From NCBI RefSeq assembly GCF_002113885.1, contig NW_018406089.1, forward strand, positions 260,351 through 319,321: a DNA stretch of 58,971 nt, written 5' to 3'. Below, one piece after another: positions 1 to 23,817 of this stretch; positions within the stretch are counted from its first letter, which is position 1; every line of letters starts with the position of its first letter. Made by a program: the position numbers and the translations under genes. The notes below the pieces were generated by a model. It made no database searches, was not told the DNA's origin, and saw nothing but the letters and a program-made list of their open reading frames with translations. The DNA is from Mizuhopecten yessoensis. Its lineage: Eukaryota.

Positions 1-451
1 AATCATGTCAGGTTTTAGGCAAAATCCACTAATTTCATCCATTTCTTCCATTCATTTAAAACAAAAGGAGACAAGGATCACTTTTACTATATGAAATACA
101 TTTTTGAACCACATGGTTTTCTTTTATTACATTAGCTAGAGCCATAACAGAGAGAGTACCATGTATAGTTCTGGTTCTGTAGATATAAGATTTGATTAGA
201 AGAAGAACTTCATTATCAATGCGATTGTAAATGCCTGTGTTATTTACCAAACCAAATAACAATGTTTCTTTATTAATATGTAATGTAATTGTTAGTGCAT
301 TTAACAACCTTTCAAAACTTGCCAGAAAATCCTGAACCTCACCACATTCCCATAACATATGCACTATTGTCTCCCTTCCTCTATTACAGAAATTACAATT
401 AGGATTGTTTGATAAGCCTATTGTGGGTATTACCTTTTCACCTCTAACCAA
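1..451 (-). mobile_element. 5'-truncated L1/Tx1-like LINE fragment (ORF2 C-terminal zinc knuckle), in MPPE1 intron
   Basis: ORF 56..451 contains CNFCNRGRETIVHMLWEC (C-x2-C...H-x4-C, zf-RVT-type) followed by the typical L1/Tx1 ORF2 tail (LLLIKSYIYR). Confidence 0.75.
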
Positions 452-495
452 TTAAGCAGTGGGTTATATGCGGGTTATATGTGCGTGTTATTCAC

Positions 496-3400
496 CTCTG
501 CACACTTGAGCTGCCATGAGATTTCTTCCAATGAGGTGACTGCCTTGGCACACAACTTACATCCATCCCCCTCCATCGCCATGCTATTCATCAACACAAA
601 CAGGTTTCCATTGAACTCAAACAGCTGGACGAGAGGCGAGGAAAACGCTTTCTCAAAACGTCTATGTTTATGTTCATCCATCCTGTAAAAAGAAAAAAGT
701 TGCACCAATACCATCCTTACCTTAATTTAATTATGTCTGACAGACCAATGTTGTACTAAAATAAATGTTCCCCTCTGTCATCATTCTAATGAAAACTTAA
801 ATTATTTCTTAACCCTATATTTGCAGACAAAGAGGTGTAGTATTAATGTGTATATGATGTGGTTCAAATGTTGTCAGGATTGTATTTTGCACTGCTGAAA
901 ATCAGTTACTTCTGCAGAGGAGAAATTAGGAGTTCTATGTCCCAAGATGAAACTGGTTTTGAGACAGTGCACCTTTAACCTACTAGAAACTCTGTGAAAA
1001 TTCATAATTCTCAACAGGGACTCAATAAAACATTCTGTTTTGTTAAACTGCAAAAATCTCAACAATGAAATGACTATCATTGTCAAAATGCAGGTCAAAA
1101 TCAGTAGTACTGCATTTAAACAATTAAACTATTTGCCTTTTAATAATTACTAGTACATTGCATTAACATGTCTTAAAAGTATTAACCATAAAGAAAACAG
1201 TGATACAAATTATACTAGTTAAAATCTTGCGTATGATACTGGTATTTATCTGACTTTGACAGACTTTGGCATGATGATAATTTGTATGCTGGCATTTTAA
1301 AAACTGTTTATTTTGGGAAAAAATCTGTGACAATGCCGATTCTACACTAAATATGTCTGTAACGGAACCCGAGACTAAACAATTTCCGTAGTAGATCAGA
1401 AACAGTCTGAGATTAAGTATCACATGCGTACGTAACCTCCTCCACATGAAAGCCATTCTGGTCTCAGTGGAGTATAACATATAGATAGACAGATAGAACA
1501 ATGTCTGTAGCAGAATAGGAGAGACTTAAAGACAACTCCTGAGAACAAAACATGCCAGTGCCTTTCGTTGTTGTACTTACATATAGTGAAATCCAATGTC
1601 ATGATTGCCTACCAGAACTTTGGTAGCTGTACCTTTTGGTGTTGCAAACATTTTTTGGAATCTGGCAACATCCTTTTTGAACTCTGCATCATTGGCCCAC
1701 TTGCCCTCATCTAGCAAATCACCTGTGTGTGGAATGCTTGTGTTGTTTAGTTTTAAGATATTAGCTCAGAATGGTAGCACAAGAGTTCCGTACATATATA
1801 AAATTTTAAGAAGATTTCTTTTACAATTGTACCTTACACAACTAGTGATTTACTGTGGTTAATTTATATTTTAAGTGTATTTTTAGAAAGGAATAATAAA
1901 ATATCTCTTTGACTCAATTACAAATAAACTAGAAAAATGTATCTATAATTTCATCTCAGCATATAAACCATTTCTTTTCATGTTTGTGCTTCAGACTTAC
2001 ATACACAATAACTTTAAATTACAAAAGGATGAAAATCAGGAAGTTCAATCCAACATGATTTGACTGTTTTACCTAGAATAAAAACCACATCAGGGCTATG
2101 GATCAGCATACTAGTCTGAAAGGACCTTTCCATCTGCCATTCTCTGGAAATATAAACATTATTCACTTTGATTGGAGTTTTAAATCTTTGTAACATCAAG
2201 GTTATATAACATCAGTATTCAGAGATGGTGGGGCCACCTAACAGCTTAGATCATATGACAACAGTATTGAGTGATGGTGGGGGCCACCTAATAGCTTAGA
2301 TCATATGACAACAGTATTCAGAGATGGTGGGGCCACCTAACAGCTTAGGTAATATGACAACAGTATTGAGAGATGGTGCGGGCCACCTAACAGCTTAGAT
2401 CTTATGACAACAGTATTCAGTGATGGTGGGGGCCACCTAAGAGCTTAGATCATATGACAACCGTATTCAGAGATGGTGGGGCCACCTAACAGCTTAGGTA
2501 ATATGACAACAGTATTGAGCGATGGAGGGGGTCACCTAACAGCTTAAATCATATGACAACAGTATTGAATGATGGTAGGGGCCACCTAACAGCTTAGGTA
2601 ATATGACAACAGTATTGAGAGATGGTGCGGGCCACCTAACAGCTTAGATTATATGACAACAGTATTCAGAGATGGTGGGGCCACCTAACAGCTTAGATTA
2701 TATGACAACAGTATTCAGAGATGGTGGGGGCCACCTAACAACTTAGGTCATATGACAACAGTATTCAATGATGGTAGGGGCCACCTAACAGCTTAGGTCA
2801 TATGACAACAGTATTGAGTGATGGTGGGGGCCACCTAACAGCTTAGATCATATGACAACAGTATTGAGTGATGGTGGGGGCCACCTAACAGCTTAGATCA
2901 TATGACAACAGTATTGAGTGATGGTGGGGGCCACCTAACAGCTTAGATCATATGACAACAGTATTGAGTGATGGTGGGGGCCACCTAACAGCTTAGATCA
3001 TATGACAACAGTATTGAGTGATGGTGGGGGCCACCTAACAGCTTAGATCATATGACAACAGTATTGAGTGATGGTGGGGGCCACCTAACAGCTTAGATCA
3101 TATGACAACAGTATTGAGTGATGGTGGGGGCCACCTAACAGCTTAGATCATATGACAACAGTATTGAGTGATGGTGGGGGCCACCTAACAGCTTAGATCA
3201 TATGACAACAGTATTGAGTGATGGTGGGGGCCACCTAACAGCTTAGATCATATGACAACAGTATTGAGTGATGGTGGGGGCCACCTAACAGCTTAGATCA
3301 TATGACAACAGTATTGAGTGATGGTGGGGGCCACCTAACAGCTTAGATCATATGACAACAGTATTGAGTGATGGTGGGGGCCACCTAACAGCTTAGATCA

Positions 3401-5313
3401 TATGACAACAGTATTGAGTGATGGTGGGGGCCACCTAACAGCTTAGATCATATGACAACAGTATTGAGTGATGGTGGGGGCCACCTAACAGCTTAGATCA
3501 TATGACAACAGTATTGAGTGATGGTGGGGGCCACCTAACAGCTTAGATCATATGACAACAGTATTGAGTGATGGTGGGGGCCACCTAACAGCTTAGATCA
3601 TATGACAACAGTATTGAGTGATGGTGGGGGCCACCTAACAGCTTAGATCATATGACAACAGTATTGAGTGATGGTGGGGGCCACCTAACAGCTTAGATCA
3701 TATGACAACAGTATTGAGTGATGGTGGGGGCCACCTAACAGCTTAGATCATATGACAACAGTATTGAGTGATGGTGGGGGCCACCTAACAGCTTAGATCA
3801 TATGACAACAGTATTGAGTGATGGTGGGGGCCACCTAACAGCTTAGATCATATGACAACAGTATTGAGTGATGGTGGGGGCCACCTAACAGCTTAGATCA
3901 TATGACAACAGTATTGAGTGATGGTGGGGGCCACCTAACAGCTTAGATCATATGACAACAGTATTGAGTGATGGTGGGGGCCACCTAACAGCTTAGATCA
4001 TATGACAACAGTATTGAGTGATGGTGGGGGCCACCTAACAGCTTAGATCATATGACAACAGTATTGAGTGATGGTGGGGGCCACCTAACAGCTTAGATCA
4101 TATGACAACAGTATTGAGTGATGGTGGGGGCCACCTAACAGCTTAGATCATATGACAACAGTATTGAGTGATGGTGGGGGCCACCTAACAGCTTAGATCA
4201 TATGACAACAGTATTGAGTGATGGTGGGGGCCACCTAACAGCTTAGATCATATGACAACAGTATTGAGTGATGGTGGGGGCCACCTAACAGCTTAGATCA
4301 TATGACAACAGTATTGAGTGATGGTGGGGGCCACCTAACAGCTTAGATCATATGACAACAGTATTGAGTGATGGTGGGGGCCACCTAACAGCTTAGATCA
4401 TATGACAACAGTATTGAGTGATGGTGGGGGCCACCTAACAGCTTAGATCATATGACAACAGTATTGAGTGATGGTGGGGGCCACCTAACAGCTTAGATCA
4501 TATGACAACAGTATTGAGTGATGGTGGGGGCCACCTAACAGCTTAGATCATATGACAACAGTATTGAGAGATGGTTGGGGCCACCTAACAGCTTAGATCA
4601 TATGACAACAGTATTGAGTGATGGTGGGGGCCACCTAACAGCTTAGATCATATGACAACAGTATTCAGGACGACTTTAAGGTTGCACCACAATGAAACAT
4701 CACAACTAAGTTGGACGAGGTATTAAACATCTCAATAGGTCACAATATACTGACAATTGATTAACCATTGTTAACAAACAAAAGGGGGACACAGTAAATA
4801 AGTGAGGAAATGAAGTACAATGTAAATTCTTCCCCATTTGAAGCAATATTACATTTTGACTAAATTAGATATAACATATCAAATATTATGCATGATTAAT
4901 AATTTCTATTAAAGAACAAATTTTATATATCATCTAGATGACACGATAGCATAGCTGTTTATTTAACTGACAATGTTCGGCCTTCCATTAAAGTTAACAT
5001 ACCTTCGCAATTTATCAAACCAGTGTCCCGTCTTAGATCCCAGTATGTGAGTGTCTGCTATTATCATGGCTTTTACTGGCTTGTTGACATCACCATTTCC
5101 ATATATAAACCCTTCACTTTGGGGTAATTTTGGCCATTTACACATCAGTAGAACGAAGAAATAATGGAGGAATTCACAATAGAGAAATAGTACAAGCACC
5201 ATAAAGAAAAACCTCACCAATCTCCTAGATCTGATATAGAAGAACACACGCCCGGGTATCTGACATATTATCCATACCATTGTACCGAGTTTTGTTTTAT
5301 TCCTCACCACCAT
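496..5313 (-). CDS. MPPE1: Metallophosphoesterase 1 (PGAP5/Cdc1 family), 5' part; gene continues beyond position 1
   Basis: GT-AG exons in consistent phase: 5313-5003, 2143-2073, 1722-1581, 682-496. Spliced product has an N-terminal TM segment then [55 protein letters not shown] and FVLMNSMAMEGDGC, the metallophosphoesterase motifs typical of MPPE1. The start may be ATG 5313 or the next in-frame ATG. Confidence 0.93.
2212..4668. repeat. 50-bp minisatellite array (~49 copies) in MPPE1 intron
   Basis: Unit acaacagtattgagtgatggtgggggccacctaacagcttagatcatatg, period 50 (e.g. 2821/2871); identical core, diverged copies at the edges. Confidence 0.97.
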
Positions 5314-6489
5314 TGGCACTGTGTGTTACTCCCCTGACATAGGAATGTGTTGGATCCAAGTGCTGCCATTCATCACTGCACCCAGTTCAAATTGCTGCTA
5401 AAATAAAATCGTAAGAAGAGATCATATAATGACAAGTTTATATACAAGCTACATGTAAGAAGGAATGAGATGAGACTTGACTGAGGTATTTATACCAGAA
5501 CATTGTACTTCTATCAGATAATGACCTACTTCGACAGGTTGAAGGCTATAGGATGTGTGTGTTGTATCACGGAAAGAAAGAGAACAGAATTTGATACTTT
5601 AAGGGAGGGATTTGTGTCTTCAAGGAGGATAGAGTATATGCTTAAATAAATTTGCAAGGGAGTTTATTCCAATCATTAATTGTCTGGGAAAAAAAGGAAT
5701 CTTTCCTCATCGATATTCGCCAGGGAATAGTTTGAGAGGAAGGTTGGTGCCTCAATGTCTTGTTTAGAGGTCATAGGTTCAGGCAGAGCATTTTTCCTTT
5801 CCTGTTACTGTGGTGCCTGTGGCCAACCTTGTTTCAAGAACTGTGTGAATGGATGTCTGACAAGGGAATAACCAAACCTGGGTTGTAAATATTGCGGAAT
5901 TGCACTAGAATTATCGCTGGCAATCAGGAAGCTCAATTAGTTAGAGGTCTGTCTATGGTTCGGAAGGGCTGTTACAAGTTCTGGTTTGGCCTTTTGTGTT
6001 TTCCTTTTCTGTTACTCTAAGGTGAGGTACCTAAAATGGAACACTTAAAAAAAAAAAAAAATCCTTTCAAGTTTCTAAAACACCAATTTGTTTTTACTGT
6101 GTTTAAACACCAATTTTGTTTTCTTTTAGCCTTCATTTTATGTGTTTCTTGGGTATCAACAGCGGTGTGTCTATTTATACAGCTAATTAAGTTGAGTCAG
6201 GTTCACTTGGAAGTTTTAACTAGTTGAATACCCAAAATGGAACACCATGTCATATAAGTCAGTTTATGAAAATAACTGACAGCATTTAAAATATTTTTCT
6301 TTATTTGATAAAAAGTTTTGACAATTTCTGACAAATTTCAGTCATTTATTCATTAAAATGATTGTTTGATCAATATTTTCCCATGTTGTCGCTCTGTACT
6401 GTTTCCCGGGATTTTTTTTCATTTTATGTTTTTACTATTTCAATTGAGTTCTTGGAAAGCTTACGACATCATGCTCGAAATATATATCG

Positions 6490-6825
6490 GGGATGAAGGG
6501 CCTAGAATATCCAGAAAGATTAAGGAAACTGAATCTACCAACATTAGCATATAGGAGACTTTGAGGGGACATGATCGAAATGTACAAGATGTAAACAGAG
6601 TTTACGATAGAGAGGCATGTACTTTTCGTAAAGCTTTGGAGTGGGGAATCAATCAGAAATAGTAGAAGAGGAAACTCAAAAAAAAAATTCCCATATCAGT
6701 CAGCAATATCTCTGAGGATAAACTATTTCACATTTTGTACAGTCAAAACCTTGAACAATCTTCTGGAGGATGTTGCATCTGCTCCAAGTATCAATACTTT
6801 TAAGAAGGGAATAGATACATGTAAT
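6490..6825 (+). mobile_element. Degenerate CR1/L2-clade LINE 3' fragment
   Basis: Interrupted translation LKELNLPTLAYRR..GDMIEMYK ... KTLNNLLEDVASAPSINTFKKGID, typical of the end of CR1-type ORF2. Confidence 0.6.
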
Positions 6826-7251
6826 TAACAATGAACTTTAACTTTAAATTATACAATTATTTAATTTTTGAGTCCAGTGTAGAGGACCTCTATCGGCTCC
6901 TAGCTGTATTGGAAACTATTTAATTTTAACTCAACTTATTTGTTCATGCGGGCCACTATGGAGGATTTCTTTTTAGTGCATTCGAGTTATCTTTCTTGGA
7001 ACACTGAATCAAAATGCAAACACGGAAACATATGACGGCTACTTCTGGCAGATGAAATTCGTTGAAAAATGTTTGTTCTTATTTTTTTTTTAAATACAGT
7101 TTTAATTATGTTGCTTAGTTTCTTGTTTCCATCTTGAGATACACTTGTCTGTGACAGCCATCAATTATTTCAACAGTTTTCTACCGATATGAGTACGAAA
7201 TTGCGACTGCTTCTTAGGTGCGCGGAACCCATAACACGAGAATACATTTGG

Positions 7252-7368
7252 TAGTCCGCTAAAACTGACCATAATCGCAGACTTAAAAAATATGATCGGT
7301 CGCCTGTTCGTAAGAGGCGACCGATCAGAAATTTTGAGCCTGCGATTATGGTCAGTTTTAGCAGACTA
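7252..7368. mobile_element. 117-bp palindromic MITE
   Basis: ~54-bp imperfect inverted arms (tagtccgctaaaactgaccataatcgcag... / ...ctgcgattatggtcagttttagcagacta), flanked by acatttgg / acattctgg (degenerate ~9-bp TSD). Confidence 0.75.
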
Positions 7369-7540
7369 ACATTCTGGTACCCTCCTCACATGACGGCGAA
7401 CTGAAGTAGCTCAGACTGGTGTACCCATGACAATCGTGGAACGCAATATTTCTGCTATAGTTTGCAAACATTTCGAATAGCTTTTTACGAAATGTTTTCA
7501 AATACAGAAAAGTCGATGCGTACTATACAATGTAGCTTAC

Positions 7541-7962
7541 TTTGTGTAAAAGGCGATAACAGTTGACTGCGTACGTACATACGGAAAACAGGAAGTCATC
7601 TACTCCAATCTAATTTTAAAATAAATCGGCATGTTTTGTTCCGGATAAGATTGTTTAATCTTTCACTAGTTTAATTTCAGATTTTGTTTTTTTAAATATT
7701 GACACTGTGTTGTTGTTATTTTATAAATTCTTTAAACTAAAACAGTGATATTGACTAGGGTACCATCACATATTGCTTAATAAATTTCAAATAGCTCACC
7801 AATGCAAAGTATACTAAAAACGAAACTAAAAAAGAGTTATCTTTCTTCTTTCTTTTCTCGGCTGTCATTTCCTTCCCCGATTGAATCATAACCGGTAGTG
7901 ACAACACGGATTATTGGTGATATCGCATGTGTTATAAACATACTAAACACATATTTCACAAG
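7541..7962. promoter_or_regulatory. Putative bidirectional promoter between MPPE1 and MDP1
   Basis: Divergent genes; CpG-enriched relative to flanks; ETS-like ACAGGAAGT ~7588; YY1-like AAGATGGC overlapping the MDP1 ATG; candidate minus-strand donor (gtaagc, ~7535-7540) for a non-coding first MPPE1 exon that could splice to the acceptor at ~5398. Confidence 0.55.
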
Positions 7963-19050
<11,088 letters not shown>

Positions 19051-20034
19051 CAATGCCAGCACTGTTAAAGGAAATGATGAATCATGTGTTCTGTTTTAGT
19101 AGTACTTGATAAACAGGAGTCATTGACTTATATGACAGTGGAAATACTCTAGGTTTGTTATGAGAGTGAACAGCAAAGGTCATTGTCAGGTAAAATATAG
19201 TTTTGGCTTTGAGATTAATATACCATAATTCTAAAATAAAATGTTACGCTATTTCTGTAGTTATTTCCATTGTAAGGACATCAATAGTATAATCAATCTC
19301 GAAAATATGAATAACATTCCAAATAGTACACAATTCACATCAAATTCATTGTAATATGGGTGAGTCCTATTGAATATTTAAACAACTACTAAAAAATAGA
19401 TTGGTCTAGAAGATATAAAATGTTTTTTTTTTAACATTGACCAAGATACATACAAAAAATACAACTATTTACAGGAAATTCTGTTTTTGTACCTGTCTGG
19501 GTTTAGCTCCCTTCATCAATATTGACTTAGATTTTAATTTCTCTCTCATTATGTTTGTTAAATCAGCACTATTTCTTGGAACAATTTAAACAATGAATAT
19601 TTTTTTTTTTATGTTTCCTTACATGAAATGAAATCATGGTGAATAAGTTATTGGAAGAACAAGTGAGTTACATTGTACCTTTGATTTAAGTGAGTTTTTA
19701 TCCTATGCAATAAAATTGGATAGAAATGTAAATTAATTTTTGTAACAAATGCTTTGAATATATTGTTAACTTGACGAGTCGGTGACACAATAGCAAGATC
19801 AACATTTTTTTTTTTTCTTTTTATGAGATTTGATTGGATGTCTATAATGGTATGGCTTCTAGGCTCTGTCCATCCTCTGGGCATAATTAAGCTGCTTCAA
19901 TAACTTTTTAAATATTATACAAATATTTGTGCCTGAATGCTGTTTGGATTCATATGTACTGTGAAATTGTCTAATCAAACCTCTGTATAATCTAACTTGT
20001 GAAAATTATCAAAAAAAATATGTTTGTTCTGACA

Positions 20035-20525
20035 TCGTGACTAATCTGACCAATATGTTGTGTCCCACAGTATGTCAAGATAGACAGGTTAATCAAACCA
20101 ATATGTTATGCCACACAGGGTGTCAGATTAGACAGGTAAATCAAACCAGTATGTTGTGTCCCACAGTATGTCAAGGTAGACAGGTTAATCTGACCAATAT
20201 GTTGTGCCACACAGGGTGTCAGATTAGACAGGTAAATCGAACCAATATGTTGTGTCCCACAGTATGTCAAGGTAGACAGGTTAATCAAACCAAAATGTTG
20301 TGCCACACAGGATGTCAGATTAGACAGGTAAATCGAACCAGTATGTTGTGTCCCACAAGGTGTCAGATTAGACAGGTTAATCTGACCAATATGTTGTGCC
20401 CCCATAGGATGTCAGATTAGTCCGATTAATATCACCAAGTTAATGTTTCCCACTTGGTGTCAGATAGGACAGTGCATTATATAACCAATATATTGTGTAC
20501 CAAATGATGTCAGATTAGACAGATT
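20035..20525. repeat. 42-bp minisatellite with 84-bp alternating higher-order unit
   Basis: Alternating tgtcccacagtatgtcaaggtagacagg / tgccacacagggtgtcagattagacagg variants; gives 14-aa periodic spurious ORFs. Confidence 0.88.
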
Positions 20526-20591
20526 TTAGTGTTCTTGTAACAGTTCATTTCACTCACTGGAACATTGTTATCAGACTGACAGGTCAAATGT

Positions 20592-20687
20592 ATCACAACA
20601 TACTGTACTATGGGAATTACTCCATCACAACATACTGTACTATGGGAATTACTCCATCACAACATAATGTACTATGGGAATTACTCC
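20592..20687. repeat. 32-bp tandem repeat x3
   Basis: atcacaacatactgtactatgggaattactcc repeated three times. Confidence 0.85.
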
Positions 20688-21488
20688 CCATTGTTTCAGT
20701 ATTAAGTTATTTTCATACATAAGATTTTTTTACCATAAAATGTCTATATATAAATTTGCCTCACTTCCTTCTCCCCTCACAATCTGATTACATTTACAAA
20801 TCCTGATACCCCTTAATTTTTTTTTTCAAATTACTTTTATTTCACCATTATATTGGTATTGTGGGTGTATAATGCTATACTATGACAGACAGACAGACAG
20901 ACAGACTTTCTTTGTTTCCTCCTTGTAGAGATGTACATGGATCATGCCTTATCTTGTGCTTACATCAAATGTAGAATATACCTTGTATAAGTTTTAAGAT
21001 ACTGGAACCATCAAATCTGTAGAACAACCTGTAAATGTGTATAAAGCTATCAACACTTGTAGAGGATATCAACTCCATCCTGATGTATACGTCAGAAACC
21101 TAAAATGTGATACATTGTAGATTTTTATATGATTCAGAGATATTTTTTCAGTTATTAATGAAAAAAATTTGAGGTGACTATTTTTTACATAAAGCATCAG
21201 TCGACATGTCATTTAAAGAGTGGATTATGTTAGGTCAAAGGTCACCTGGAGGTGGTGTTATAGGTGAACATGTGATTTTATGTCGGAGATTATGTGTGTA
21301 TCTAGATATCTAGTAGGATATCTGACAAGAGACAGGATATTATGATGCATGGATATATAGTCTTTCTAGTCACAAACAAAAATGTTTTTTTCTTCGGATG
21401 TCCTGACAGAGTCCCTTTTTCATTAACTATTTTATTATCTTGACTTGCAGTTTTGAGGGAAATTGCTTTTTTTTATATGAAGTGTCTT

Positions 21489-21579
21489 TTAACCCTTTCA
21501 CCCCTATGTAACTTTAGTAGACTCTACCATGCATTGATCTGGACTAGTCCATCATGGTCTACAGTAGTGAAAGGGTTAA
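21489..21579. mobile_element. 83-bp piggyBac-type MITE with TTAA target duplication
   Basis: TTAA|CCCTTTCAC ... GTGAAAGGG|TTAA (element 21493-21575). Confidence 0.7.
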
Positions 21580-22571
21580 GTACCAGTTACATGTTTGTGT
21601 TTATTTGTGAGAAGTGTCTTAAATTGAAAGAAATCCAGAAACAAGGTTAGGTAGACTTTGTTATGAGACCCTATTTACTGTTGTTTAGACGGCAGGAGAT
21701 CTAGAGCAATACTGTATGCTACGTCAATGTTGTATATTAGTATCAAAATATCTTACAATTGTAGCATTATTTGTCAATAGTTTCATTTATACATAAGGAT
21801 ACATGTGACACTTTCTGTCTCTTAAGTAACTAGTTTAACATCCTGTATGCATGATTCAGACAAATGGTATATTATTTTAGATCAGACAAATTTGTGTTAT
21901 GATAGAGTGGTTGTTTAATGGAAGATCACTCGGAATAATATGCGAGATATGATACATCCTGAAATTTTATCCAGTTTCATTACCTAGCTTTTATTGTAAT
22001 AAAATATTATTCAACTTTGGTCATTTCACCCTGATAGAGTTTTAGGCTATATTGCATCTTACTCCCCACCAATACCTTTAACACATCGGTAATTTGTTGT
22101 ACAAAATTATTTTGATGAAAAAATAGTGATTATTAACAATGATTTACAGATTTATGTGTAGCAGATATTTTTTTGGGGGAATTGGTTGGTTTATACCATA
22201 ACAACAGGTAAAACTCACTAATTTTATTGAAAGGAATTGCAACGTGTTCAGTTAGTAGCCCTTAACCATCCTAACACTTTTACAAGAATATACTTAAATG
22301 AATTTATTTTACATGTTGTAATATAACAAATTTTAACTTAATTTGTCTGTACAGTCTATGCTATTTGCTTTATATATCTTTGCTTTGTTTTCGTAAAGGT
22401 TGAATGTTGGCTATCAGTATTTTAGATGATTTAAAATGTGATCTTATAAGATTTTAATTTCATTTCTTGTGATTTTCGCTGCAACATAAACAAAAAGTAT
22501 GTTGAAAAATGAAAACTGTTGTTCTGGAGGTATTCGGCTAATAAAATAAATATTTATAGAAACGGTGTTTT

Positions 22572-23090
22572 ATTTTTGTATCTCCCCTGCTGACCGGTCT
22601 GGTAGATCTAGTGGTACCGAGTTCTGTCTGCCCCAGGTTTTTAAAATATACTCCTACCAGTTCTCACAGATTTCACCTACATTTGGTACACAGAATCAGT
22701 GAGACATGATGATGTACACCTCCCTCTGTTATGCATTTTTCTCTCCTTTTCAGGGAGTTACGCCCCTTTGCTTTTGTGAAAATAATTCCTTCCACAGTAT
22801 TATCCAGATTCACTTCAATCCCAGTGCAAACTGTATTGGTATGACCCAACGATGTGAATGTGCATTTTTATGCTCTTTTCCCTCCTTTTCATGGACTAAC
22901 ACCACTTTTAGTATTTTATTGAGAAAAACTTGTGAAATCGACTCTTTGCACTGTTATATTCATTTCAAATTTGGTGCACAGTATCATTATGACATGAGGA
23001 GTTTCTGCCTTTTCCATGCGGTTAAGTCTCCTTTTCAGAGAACATATTTATATATGAAGATAGGCGATGAGAACATATCTGCATGGAAGA
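22572..23090. mobile_element. Degenerate HINE-type element
   Basis: T-run start, short ctgtctg remnant, internal atttggtacac...ggagttacgcccctt units typical of this repeat class; boundaries approximate. Confidence 0.4.
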
Positions 23091-23817
23091 TAGGCGAAGG
23101 TGTACAAGAGCGGCATACGACCTCTAACAATGGGCCCTGCCACGTTCAAAACAAAAAAGTAACGATTTTAAAATGAAGTTCGAAAATGTGCCAAATGGGC
23201 ACCTTTAGCCTGTAATATCGATGATGCCTTTCTGCGTGTGAATAACTTAGGCTATGACATTTTGTAATATTTGTGTTTAAAAGCGGCACACGAGTGATAA
23301 TTGCGATTGAGTTATTCGAATATCAAACTAGCCAAATAGTGAGATAGCCCAATATTGAAAAAGTAACCAACTTCACGCTGGTAAATTCGCTGGCAGTTTA
23401 TACATTCATAGTTCACAGAAGTTTTCATTACGTTTTTCTTAATAACTTTGTTTCGTCTGTATATTATGTCTGTGATGTTAGATCATCACAGACTCTGTGT
23501 TATTATAGAAACAATGATTAAATGACAAAACTAGATTAGCGCCTCTGTGGTAGAACATCTCGGCTACGTCACATTGATGGAAGGTTCAATTTTAGTTGAC
23601 CTTTAATTTCAGTCTGGAATGATAATTTCTGATAATCGATAGTTTAGAGTATTCATTTTGATCCTGATAAATCATACGATAACGATTTCTTATTATTTTA
23701 CTGTTAATAGACAGCTGACATACCACCCCAGCAGATCGGGGATAGATAACAGAATATATCTGCTGTTAACCATTGCATGATGTTGTAATTATAAGAGCCA
23801 CCAGTTTCACTTTTATG

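Noticed and set aside
2212-4668. Long regular arrays (also 11590-14067, 58130-58971) as CRISPR-like loci
   Set aside because: Units are contiguous with no unique spacers, there are no cas genes, and the context is eukaryotic (the first two arrays are intronic).
20037-20420. Cys-rich 127-aa ORF resembling a metallothionein or repeat protein
   Set aside because: It is the translation of a 42-bp minisatellite, starts at GTG and is open on both strands.
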